DNA of 64,000 nucleotides from Candidatus Omnitrophota bacterium (GTDB lineage Bacteria; Omnitrophota; Omnitrophia; Omnitrophales; Aquincolibacteriaceae): NCBI GenBank assembly GCA_030698625.1, contig JAUYMS010000027.1, positions 103,781 to 167,780 of the forward strand, read 5' to 3'. Shown piece by piece: positions 57,205 to 64,000 of this stretch (position 1 is its first letter; each line of letters starts with the position of its first letter). The notes under the pieces were generated by a model. It saw only the letters and a program-made list of their open reading frames with translations, ran no database searches and was not told where the DNA came from. The position numbers and the translations under genes were made by a program.

Positions 57205-58596
57205 TTAGCTTTTCAACAGCCCCTTAATTTCTTCAACAACCTTCAGTTTTTCAGCATCAGATTCGACCGCGCGTCTGATCTTTTGACAGGCATGAAGAAC
57301 CGTAGAATGGTCCCGTCCACCAAAGTACTCCCCAATCTCAGGGAGCGAGTGATCCGTTAGAGAACGAATAAGGTACATTGCGATCTGACGAGGCCCAGCG
57401 ACCGAACGGCTGCGACTCTTGGCCCGGAGGTCCGAAACGCGAAGGTCAAAATAGGACGCGACCACCCGCTGTACCTTCTCCATGCTGATCTTTTTCTCCT
57501 CCTCCTTAAGGGAATCCCGCAACAGCTGGTTGACGACAACCATTGTTAAGGGCACGCCGGTTAGGGCACAATAAGCCACAACCCGAATTAAAGCGCCTTC
57601 GAGCTCACGGACGTTCGACTTAAACTTGCTCGCGATAAAATAGCAAACCTCATCAGGAACAGCCACCGTCTCCTTTTCCATTTTCTTCTTGAGAATAGCA
57701 ACGCGAGTTTCAAAGTTTGGGGGCTGAATATCGGTAACCAAACCCCAACCAAAACGCGATACGAGCCGCTCCTCCAAACCGGGTATTTCACGGGGAGGCC
57801 GATCGCTTGAAACCACTATTTGTTTGTGCGCGTCATAGAGGGTGTTGAAGGTGTGAAAGAATTCCTCCTGAGTAGCTTCCTTCTCCGCAAGAAAGTGAAT
57901 ATCATCGATCAGAAGAAGATCAAGCGTGCGAAACTTTGCTCGAAACTGAGATGTTGTGCGCGTCTGAATCGCCGTAATAAGCTGATTCATAAACTTTTCG
58001 CTCGAAATATACTGAATGCGAAAACCGGGATTGTTGAGTCTGATCGCGTGTGCGATCGCCTGCATTAAGTGTGTCTTACCAAGGCCTACGGGACCGTGTA
58101 TGAATAGCGGATTATAATGACGCGCCGGCGCCTCGCTGACGGCCATCGCTGCCGCATGGGCGAATCGGTTGCCGGGCCCGACCACAAAGCTGTCAAAAAT
58201 ATAATTCGAGTTGAGCTCAAAGCCCTGTGTTTGTTGGATTTGTTTAGGCTGGGGACGTGCGGGTTTTACGGCCGGAGGAAGGAGCGACTCTAATACTTTG
58301 TACTCGATGGCGCGGGTTGCTCCCACGGCTTCTTTAACCGCGCTCGACAACAAATCCTGGTAATGACTCTGAAGCCACTTTCCGTAGTAACTATCCGGAA
58401 CACCCAGAGAAATTTGGTCGTCTGTAATATCGAGGCAGGTTAGCGGCTCAAACCACGTTTTAAAGGATTGCTCACTGAGTTCTCGCGCGAGAATGGAGCG
58501 AACGCGATCCCAATTCTTGGAGATAAACTCCGCCTTTTTGGTAATCTCAGAACGGTCCGCTGGACCCGGAAGTGTCGTCGAAGAAAACTTATCCAC
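57205..58596 (-). CDS. dnaA: chromosomal replication initiator DnaA
   Basis: 463 aa. The AAA+ Walker A is GPVGLGKTHLMQAIAH. The sensor and box VII region follows, and the C-terminal domain IV is DNA-binding (…IAMYLIRSLTDHSLPEIGEYFGGRDHSTVLHACQKI…). Confidence 0.95.
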   Translation of the reverse strand: MDKFSSTTLPGPADRSEITKKAEFISKNWDRVRSILARELSEQSFKTWFEPLTCLDITDDQISLGVPDSYYGKWLQSHYQDLLSSAVKEAVGATRAIEYKVLESLLPPAVKPARPQPKQIQQTQGFELNSNYIFDSFVVGPGNRFAHAAAMAVSEAPARHYNPLFIHGPVGLGKTHLMQAIAHAIRLNNPGFRIQYISSEKFMNQLITAIQTRTTSQFRAKFRTLDLLLIDDIHFLAEKEATQEEFFHTFNTLYDAHKQIVVSSDRPPREIPGLEERLVSRFGWGLVTDIQPPNFETRVAILKKKMEKETVAVPDEVCYFIASKFKSNVRELEGALIRVVAYCALTGVPLTMVVVNQLLRDSLKEEEKKISMEKVQRVVASYFDLRVSDLRAKSRSRSVAGPRQIAMYLIRSLTDHSLPEIGEYFGGRDHSTVLHACQKIRRAVESDAEKLKVVEEIKGLLKS

Positions 58597-58849
58597 GGCA
58601 AAAGTACTTTAATTTAGGGCAACAAATGCGAAGGACTAAAATGAATTCACAAGCCGCAAGTAACAATTAAAAGGTTATACACAGATTATTCAGAACAGAT
58701 GAAAATGAAAATAGCACGCAACGAGGAAGAGTCACATTCTACTCGCGGCATATTAAATGTCTATCCTCTTTTTCGGCGACAAAGTAATTTATTAGCGCGC
58801 AAAATCTTCTTGGCAAATCCACATGGAAATTTGATATAATCCCCCCCTT
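58597..58849. promoter_or_regulatory. putative oriC / dnaA-rpmH divergent control region
   Basis: A 253-bp AT-rich spacer between divergently oriented dnaA and rpmH. It contains a perfect DnaA-box 9-mer TTATACACA (58675..58683) and a weaker AAATCCACA (about 58815-58823). Gene orientation flips here. Confidence 0.5.
58811..58842 (+). promoter_or_regulatory. putative sigma70-type promoter of rpmH-rnpA-yidD-yidC
   Basis: TTGGCA (-35-like, 58811-58816), a 17-19-nt spacer, then GATATAAT (-10, 58833-58840), placed 10 nt upstream of the rpmH ATG. Confidence 0.4.
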
Positions 58850-58993
58850 ATGAAAAGAACCTATCAGCCTTCTAAGCGAAAACGCCGCAGTAAGCACGGG
58901 TTTCTTAAGCGGAAAAGCACCAAAGGGGGCAGGAAAATACTTCAGCGCAGGCGGAAAAAGGGCAGAAAGAGGCTCGTCCCAGCCACGTCTTAG
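58850..58993 (+). CDS. rpmH: 50S ribosomal protein L34
   Basis: 47 aa, [47 protein letters not shown], the canonical L34 sequence. It is below the track cutoff. Confidence 0.85.
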   Translation: MKRTYQPSKRKRRSKHGFLKRKSTKGGRKILQRRRKKGRKRLVPATS

Positions 58994-59041
58994 GTAAACA
59001 CTCCCACCTGAGCCCGCAAGCGGAGGCGCCTCATAAACCCT

Positions 59042-59440
59042 ATGAACCACGCTGACGCTATATCCCAAACCCGTTTGAGGCCCGAGCAGCGGCTTAGAAC
59101 CCAGAGTGAGTTTCAGGCCGTATTCAGACACGGCCGGTTTGCCAGAGGTAAGGCTCTCAATCTGTGGGTGCGTGAGAATGCCCTAATAACGGGCAAGTCG
59201 GGACATCCCCGCTTTGGAATTATTGTTAGCCGTAAGACCAACAAGCGGGCCGTCGCCAGGAACGGTTGGAAACGCAGAATTCGGGAGGTTTTACGGTGCA
59301 ATCAGGCATGCCTCAAGCCGACGGTGAGCATTGTGGTGCAAGCGCGCCAGCCGGGCGTTGCTCCCGCGTATCACATTATAAAGGAAGAACTTATGAGTTT
59401 GTTATCCCGAGCAGAGGCCATTCAGGAGTCGAGCCGATGA
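59042..59440 (+). CDS. rnpA: ribonuclease P protein component
   Basis: 132 aa and basic. Carries the RNR-like motif region (ARNGWKRRIREVLR) and sits in the conserved rpmH-rnpA-yidD-yidC order. Confidence 0.85.
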   Translation: MNHADAISQTRLRPEQRLRTQSEFQAVFRHGRFARGKALNLWVRENALITGKSGHPRFGIIVSRKTNKRAVARNGWKRRIREVLRCNQACLKPTVSIVVQARQPGVAPAYHIIKEELMSLLSRAEAIQESSR

Positions 59441-59655
59441 GTCGAGTAAGCCAGGCCCTCGTTTACGGCATAAGGGCCTATCGCCAACTCATTTCACCCT
59501 GGCTGGGAAATCATTGCCGCTTCTATCCGAGTTGCTCCTCCTATGGCGAAGAAGCTATTGTTAAAAAGGGAGCGTCGAAAGGTGTTAAGCTTCTCGCTAT
59601 GCGCCTTTTTAAGTGCCACCCCTTTCATCCTGGAGGCTTGGATCCAGTTGAGTAA
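59437..59655 (+). CDS. yidD: membrane protein insertion efficiency factor YidD
   Basis: 72 aa, MSRVSQALVYGIRAYRQLISPWLGNHCRFYPSCSSYGEEAI...RCHPFHPGGLDPVE, the conserved YidD Cys/His pattern. Its ATG overlaps the rnpA stop (ATGA). The track ORF 59266..59655 is an upstream extension in the same frame. Confidence 0.8.
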   Translation: MSRVSQALVYGIRAYRQLISPWLGNHCRFYPSCSSYGEEAIVKKGASKGVKLLAMRLFKCHPFHPGGLDPVE

Positions 59656-61315
59656 CGAGTCCCCACTAGAGAAAAATTATGTCCTGGCGCTAGTCCTTTG
59701 CCTATTGGTTCTTTTTTCGTATCCCTTTTTCCTGAAATGGGTTAGCCCACCGGCAGAAACGCCGATGGAAGAAGTTAAGGCGGTTCTGGCGGGAACGACA
59801 AGCCCGACGGGACTTGCCGAATCGGTTCTCTCGCCCACTACCCTGTCGCCAGCCGAAGGCCCGTTTTTGGAACAGCCGGTCCAGCCGACCATCGTGGATT
59901 TCAAGAACGCAAATTACGAGATTCGGTTTTCGACTCTCGGCGGAACCGTGACGCGTCTGGCCTATCGCGGAGAACCTTCGGAGGCCGTTAGCGGGACCCT
60001 TTTTTTTGAGGGCGAGACGAATCGCTCAGGGCTCTTTGGTCTGACTCTTCTCCACGAGCAAACGGATCTGAGCCAGATGCAGTTCAAGCTGAATCGCCGC
60101 GACGAGGATCGCGATTTCTTTGAGTTCGTCTATGAGAAACCCGGTGATTTTCGTCTCACGAAGGGCTTTTATTTTTCTTCAAAGGACCCTGTTATCGGCA
60201 TGGAGGTAGGTATCGAAAACCTGTCCGGCCGCGAACGCCACTTCCCGTTAGAGCTCACCTATGGATTAGATACGAGTAGTGAGGAAGGCAGGAAGGACTC
60301 CATGCCTGAAGCCGTTGCCTTCACTGACAAAGTTAAAACCGCAAACATTGGCAAAGTTACCAAAAAAGGATTCACCCTTTCGGAAGAGATTCTTTGGGTT
60401 GGGGCGTTTAAAAAATACTTCACGATTCTCATCAAGCCTCCTTGGAAAGCGATCGATTTGCGCGTGACCGCAAAAGACAATCTGTTCTGGGGCAGGCTCC
60501 GGATGGAGCCTGTGACCTTGGCGTCCGGAGAAAAAAAGAGCGGCGAATTTTTCATTTATGCCGGACCCCAGCGGTACGAAACACTCAAGAGCTATGATGT
60601 GGGATTTGAAAATGTTCTATCACGAGGCATTTTTGGAATTTTTAAAATATGGTTGTTGAAGGGCCTCAAATTTACGAATGGTTTTACGCATAACTACGGC
60701 TGGGCCATCATTATTGTGACTCTCCTGCTCAAAGGTTTATTCGCGCCCCTGACACACATGAGTTACAAGTCGATGGAGAAAATGAAGGTCCTGCAGCCGA
60801 AGACGAAGGCCCTGCAAGAGCGCTATAAAAGCGACCCCCAGAAACTCAATAAAGAGATGATGGAACTCTATAAAAAACACCGGGTTAATCCCATGGGCGG
60901 CTGTTTGCCCATGCTCTTGCAGATCCCGGTTTTTATCGCTTTTTACCAGGTTTTGAACGAGGCAATCGAATTAAACGGTACCCCATTTATTTGGTGGATC
61001 ACGGATCTGGCGAAGCCCGACACGCTTTTTACTTTCCCCATGACTTTGCCCTTGCTCGGAGACGGGTTTCATTTTTTGCCGCTTCTGATGATCGGCTCGA
61101 TGTTTTGGCAGCAGAAGCTCACGCCTCAAGTCGGTACGAATCCCGAACAGCAGAAAATATTTGCTTTTATGCCGCTCATCTTCGGTTTTATATTTTACAA
61201 AATGCCTTCCGGATTGGTCCTGTATTGGTTTGTAAATAATGTCTTATCGATTATTCAGCAGGTATTTGTAAAGCGTTTGGCCGGTGCCGTGTTACATCAC
61301 GACGAGCACGAATAA
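59543..61315 (+). CDS. yidC: membrane protein insertase YidC
   Basis: The C-terminal 5-TM insertase core is present (GWAIIIVTLLLKGLFAPLTHMSYKSMEKMKVLQPK...MGGCLPMLLQIPVFIAFYQVL). A large periplasmic domain follows TM1. The start is uncertain. The ATG at 59543 overlaps yidD by 113 nt, and an in-frame TTG at 59648 (8-nt overlap) is an alternative. Confidence 0.85.
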   Translation: MAKKLLLKRERRKVLSFSLCAFLSATPFILEAWIQLSNESPLEKNYVLALVLCLLVLFSYPFFLKWVSPPAETPMEEVKAVLAGTTSPTGLAESVLSPTTLSPAEGPFLEQPVQPTIVDFKNANYEIRFSTLGGTVTRLAYRGEPSEAVSGTLFFEGETNRSGLFGLTLLHEQTDLSQMQFKLNRRDEDRDFFEFVYEKPGDFRLTKGFYFSSKDPVIGMEVGIENLSGRERHFPLELTYGLDTSSEEGRKDSMPEAVAFTDKVKTANIGKVTKKGFTLSEEILWVGAFKKYFTILIKPPWKAIDLRVTAKDNLFWGRLRMEPVTLASGEKKSGEFFIYAGPQRYETLKSYDVGFENVLSRGIFGIFKIWLLKGLKFTNGFTHNYGWAIIIVTLLLKGLFAPLTHMSYKSMEKMKVLQPKTKALQERYKSDPQKLNKEMMELYKKHRVNPMGGCLPMLLQIPVFIAFYQVLNEAIELNGTPFIWWITDLAKPDTLFTFPMTLPLLGDGFHFLPLLMIGSMFWQQKLTPQVGTNPEQQKIFAFMPLIFGFIFYKMPSGLVLYWFVNNVLSIIQQVFVKRLAGAVLHHDEHE

Positions 61316-61350
61316 AGTCGTAACGGGTCTGTTTTAAAACCCAGTCCTCT

Positions 61351-63165
61351 ATGTCTTCCACGCAAGAATTCGATGCCATTGTCGTAGGTGCCGGGCATGC
61401 CGGTATAGAAGCCTCTCTGTCTATTGCCCGTGCTGGGTATCAGGTTTTAATGCTCACAATGGACAAAGAGGCCGTCGGCCGCATGTCTTGCAATCCGGCG
61501 ATCGGCGGCCTGGCAAAGGGCCACATGGTTCGCGAAATCGATGCCCTTGGTGGACAGATGGGAATGGCGATTGACGCGACGGGGATCCAGTTTCGGATGT
61601 TAAATCGCTCCAAAGGGGCAGCGGTGTGGGCGCCGCGTGCGCAGGCAGATAAAAAGCAGTACGCGCTTTATATGAGCCGGATCGTTGCGGATGAAGCCAA
61701 TATTACGTTTCGGGAGGGGCAAGCCTCGGAACTACTCAGAAGAAACGGTAGTTGTTACGGTATAAGGACTAAGGATGGCGACGTCCTGCTTGGCCGGGCT
61801 GTGATTTTAACGACCGGGACCTTCCTTCAAGGACTGATTCACATCGGAGAAATCAATTACCCCGGCGGTAGGCGCGGAGAAAAACCTGCGGTTGGGCTCT
61901 CAGATTCTTTACGTGAAGCCGGCATTGAGCTGGTGCGATTCAAAACCGGAACCCCACCCCGTCTGGACGCTCATAGCATCGACTGGCGATCCTTGGAAGA
62001 ACAAAAGGGCGACGACCCGCCGCCGCCCTTTTCATTTCGGACGCGGGAACTAACGGTGAATCAGATCTCATGTTACCTCACACATACTAATGAGAAGACT
62101 CATGAAATCATACGAAAGAACCTGCACCTCTCACCGCTCTATGCCGGAAAGATTCACAGTACGGGCCCGCGTTATTGCCCATCCATCGAAGATAAGGTGG
62201 TCAAATTTGCGGGTAAAAGTCGACATCAAATCTATCTCGAACCTGAGGGCCTGGACACCGACGAGATCTACGTGAATGGGCTTTCCACCTGCCTTCCAGA
62301 GCCGGTTCAGTACGATATCGTTCACTCGATGCAAGGCCTTGATAAAGCTAAGTTTATACGCCTTGCTTATGCCATTGAATATGATTGTGCGCCCCCTACG
62401 CAACTGCGCCATTCGCTAGAGACGAAGGCTGTTAGAGGGTTGTTCTTAGCCGGTCAGATTAACTGCACCTCAGGCTACGAAGAGGCTGCCGCGCAGGGAT
62501 TGATGGCAGGGCTGAATGTCATTCGTGCATTGCGCGGCGAAGAGCCCTTTGTGCTAGACCGCTCAGAGGCCTATATCGGCGTTCTCATCGATGATTTAGT
62601 GACACGCGGGACCAACGAGCCCTATCGAATGTTCACCTCACGTGCAGAATTTCGTCTGCTCCTCCGACAAGACAACGCGGATGAGAGACTCATGAAGTAT
62701 GGCGCAGGCTTTGGCCTCATACCTAGAGAGCTGTATGACGCAACACTGAGAAAGATGGTAAACATTAAAGAAGAGATCAGCCGCTTAAAGCAGCTATATC
62801 ACGGAAAAAATAGCCTGCACCAGTATCTTAAGCGGCCAGAGATTAGCTACAATCATTTAATAAAAAATGGGTTGCACGAGTCTAATTTGGTGGTTGACGA
62901 GCAGCTGAGAGTCGAATCAGAGGTTAAATACGAGGGCTACATTAATCGTCAGATTGCCGAAGTAAAGAGGTTTAAGAAATTGGAGAAAAAACAGATTCCC
63001 CAAAATACCGATTACACCAGAGTTCGAGGAATTAGCCATGAAGCTCGCGAGAAGCTGACGAAGGTGCGTCCCGGATCCATTGGCCAGGCATGCCGCATTC
63101 CTGGGATTTCTCCATGTGATCTCTCTCTCTTAGCCATGCACTTAGAAAAGTGCGCTAATCGATAA
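61351..63165 (+). CDS. mnmG: tRNA uridine 5-carboxymethylaminomethyl modification enzyme MnmG (GidA)
   Basis: 604 aa. Has the FAD-binding N-terminus FDAIVVGAGHAGIEAS, and is colinear with MnmG through the C-terminal GISPCDLSLL. Confidence 0.95.
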   Translation: MSSTQEFDAIVVGAGHAGIEASLSIARAGYQVLMLTMDKEAVGRMSCNPAIGGLAKGHMVREIDALGGQMGMAIDATGIQFRMLNRSKGAAVWAPRAQADKKQYALYMSRIVADEANITFREGQASELLRRNGSCYGIRTKDGDVLLGRAVILTTGTFLQGLIHIGEINYPGGRRGEKPAVGLSDSLREAGIELVRFKTGTPPRLDAHSIDWRSLEEQKGDDPPPPFSFRTRELTVNQISCYLTHTNEKTHEIIRKNLHLSPLYAGKIHSTGPRYCPSIEDKVVKFAGKSRHQIYLEPEGLDTDEIYVNGLSTCLPEPVQYDIVHSMQGLDKAKFIRLAYAIEYDCAPPTQLRHSLETKAVRGLFLAGQINCTSGYEEAAAQGLMAGLNVIRALRGEEPFVLDRSEAYIGVLIDDLVTRGTNEPYRMFTSRAEFRLLLRQDNADERLMKYGAGFGLIPRELYDATLRKMVNIKEEISRLKQLYHGKNSLHQYLKRPEISYNHLIKNGLHESNLVVDEQLRVESEVKYEGYINRQIAEVKRFKKLEKKQIPQNTDYTRVRGISHEAREKLTKVRPGSIGQACRIPGISPCDLSLLAMHLEKCANR

Positions 63166-63266
63166 TCCTGTTTACAGCATCCCCGAAGTCTGCTTAAATA
63201 CGGCTATCTCATTCCGAACGAACGGGCGTGGCATGGGCCATATAAGCTTAATTTCCGAAATGTCGA

Positions 63267-63282
63267 TGTTTCACGTGAAACA
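63267..63282. promoter_or_regulatory. parS centromere-like site 1
   Basis: TGTTTCACGTGAAACA is a perfect match to the parS consensus. It is embedded in a 24-bp perfect palindrome TCGATGTTTCACGTGAAACATCGA (63263..63286). Confidence 0.75.
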
Positions 63283-63303
63283 TCGACTATCGTGGCAGCG
63301 CAA

Positions 63304-63319
63304 TGTTTCACGTGAAACG
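63304..63319. promoter_or_regulatory. parS centromere-like site 2
   Basis: TGTTTCACGTGAAACG, one mismatch to consensus, 37 bp downstream of site 1 and 29 bp upstream of the parA ATG. Confidence 0.65.
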
Positions 63320-63347
63320 TGCTCTGCTCTGAGATGGCGAAGGAAAC

Positions 63348-64000
63348 ATGGGTAAGATATTTTCTATATGCAATCAAAAGGGCGGCGTCGGTAAGACTAC
63401 TTCCGCTGTTAATTTAGCTACTGTTATCGCCCAGGCAGGATGGCGTGTCTTGATCATCGATATGGATGCTCAAGGTAATGCCACAAGCGGGCTTGGTGAA
63501 GACAAGGAAACCCTGGAATCCACAAGTTATCAACTTATTGTGGATAAAGTTGACCCAAAGACGACAGTCCGAAGAACACAGGTCGAGCGTCTTGATTTGA
63601 TCCCTGCCAATGCTGATTTCTCAGGAGCTGAATTAGAATTGATCAACCAGTCTGAAAGGGAATTTGTTTTGCGAAAGCAGCTGGGGAAGATATCGGAAGA
63701 TTATGATTTTATCCTTATTGATTGTCCGCCATCGCTTGGTTTGATAACTATAAATTGTTTAACAGCAAGTAAATACATCATTATTCCGCTTCAGTGCGAG
63801 TACTATGCTTTAGAAGGGCTGGGGCAGCTCCTCAGGACACATCAGCTGGTCAAGGAGAAACTCAATCCGGATCTTGAGATCGGCGGAGTGATTATGACCA
63901 TGGCTGATTTTCGCACGAACTTGACACAGCAAGTAATCGAAGAGGTGCGGAGCTATTTTCAGGAAAAGGTTTTTGAGACGGTCATCCCTCGATCCGTGAA
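63348..64000 (+). CDS. parA: chromosome partitioning ATPase ParA/Soj (3'-truncated by window end)
   Basis: MGKIFSICNQKGGVGKTTSAVNLA (deviant Walker A KGGVGKTT), followed by ILIDCPPSLG. An AGGAAAC RBS precedes the ATG. Confidence 0.9.
   Translation, partial: MGKIFSICNQKGGVGKTTSAVNLATVIAQAGWRVLIIDMDAQGNATSGLGEDKETLESTSYQLIVDKVDPKTTVRRTQVERLDLIPANADFSGAELELINQSEREFVLRKQLGKISEDYDFILIDCPPSLGLITINCLTASKYIIIPLQCEYYALEGLGQLLRTHQLVKEKLNPDLEIGGVIMTMADFRTNLTQQVIEEVRSYFQEKVFETVIPRSV

Noticed and set aside
59266-59655. 129-aa ORF spanning the rnpA 3' region and yidD
   Set aside because: It is an in-frame upstream extension of yidD that overlaps rnpA in another frame. The conserved YidD family length and the ATGA junction with rnpA support the start at 59437.
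63263-63319. Hairpins upstream of parA considered as a Rho-independent terminator of mnmG
   Set aside because: No downstream U-tract. The stems are exact matches to the parS consensus instead.

Overview
This is an origin-proximal chromosomal segment of a moderately GC-rich bacterium, probably an uncultivated lineage; I cannot assign a taxon from sequence alone. The right third carries the canonical replication-origin neighbourhood. On the minus strand, running right to left: dnaA, dnaN, a DUF721/DciA-like gene, gyrB, an inserted GAF sensor histidine kinase, gyrA, serS, two tRNA-Ser, a tRNA-flanked hypothetical gene, tRNA-Arg(ACG), tadA, a BluB-like nitroreductase, tRNA-Ser(GGA), and an FkbM/ABC exporter/corA/rlmN cluster. 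Diverging on the plus strand: rpmH, rnpA, yidD, yidC, mnmG and parA, with two parS sites. A putative oriC with a DnaA box lies in the dnaA-rpmH spacer. The dominant feature is a single uninterrupted 34.4-kb ORF (4261..38631, minus strand) encoding 11,456 aa, sitting between ychF and cysE. The product has an N-terminal signal peptide, several internal signal-anchor-like hydrophobic segments, and a ~2.4-kb internal tandem duplication. It strings together many normally cytoplasmic enzyme-type domains: SF1 helicase, SAM-MTase-like, CofD/YvcK-like, Nudix-like, GT35-like, histidine-phosphatase-like, GlnD/GlnE-type nucleotidyltransferase-like, GNAT and receiver-like. These are punctuated 16 times by the exact pentapeptide RSELR, encoded with different codons each time. 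Giant membrane-associated multi-domain genes of this kind are known from a few lineages (e.g. Omnitrophota, Planctomycetota), but the RSELR-delimited architecture is not something I can match to a described system. To the left of the giant gene are cysE, two paralogous tiny membrane-protein genes, rnhA, a TauE/SafE-like gene and resB. Most ORF-track entries inside and opposite the giant gene are frame shadows typical of GC-rich DNA.
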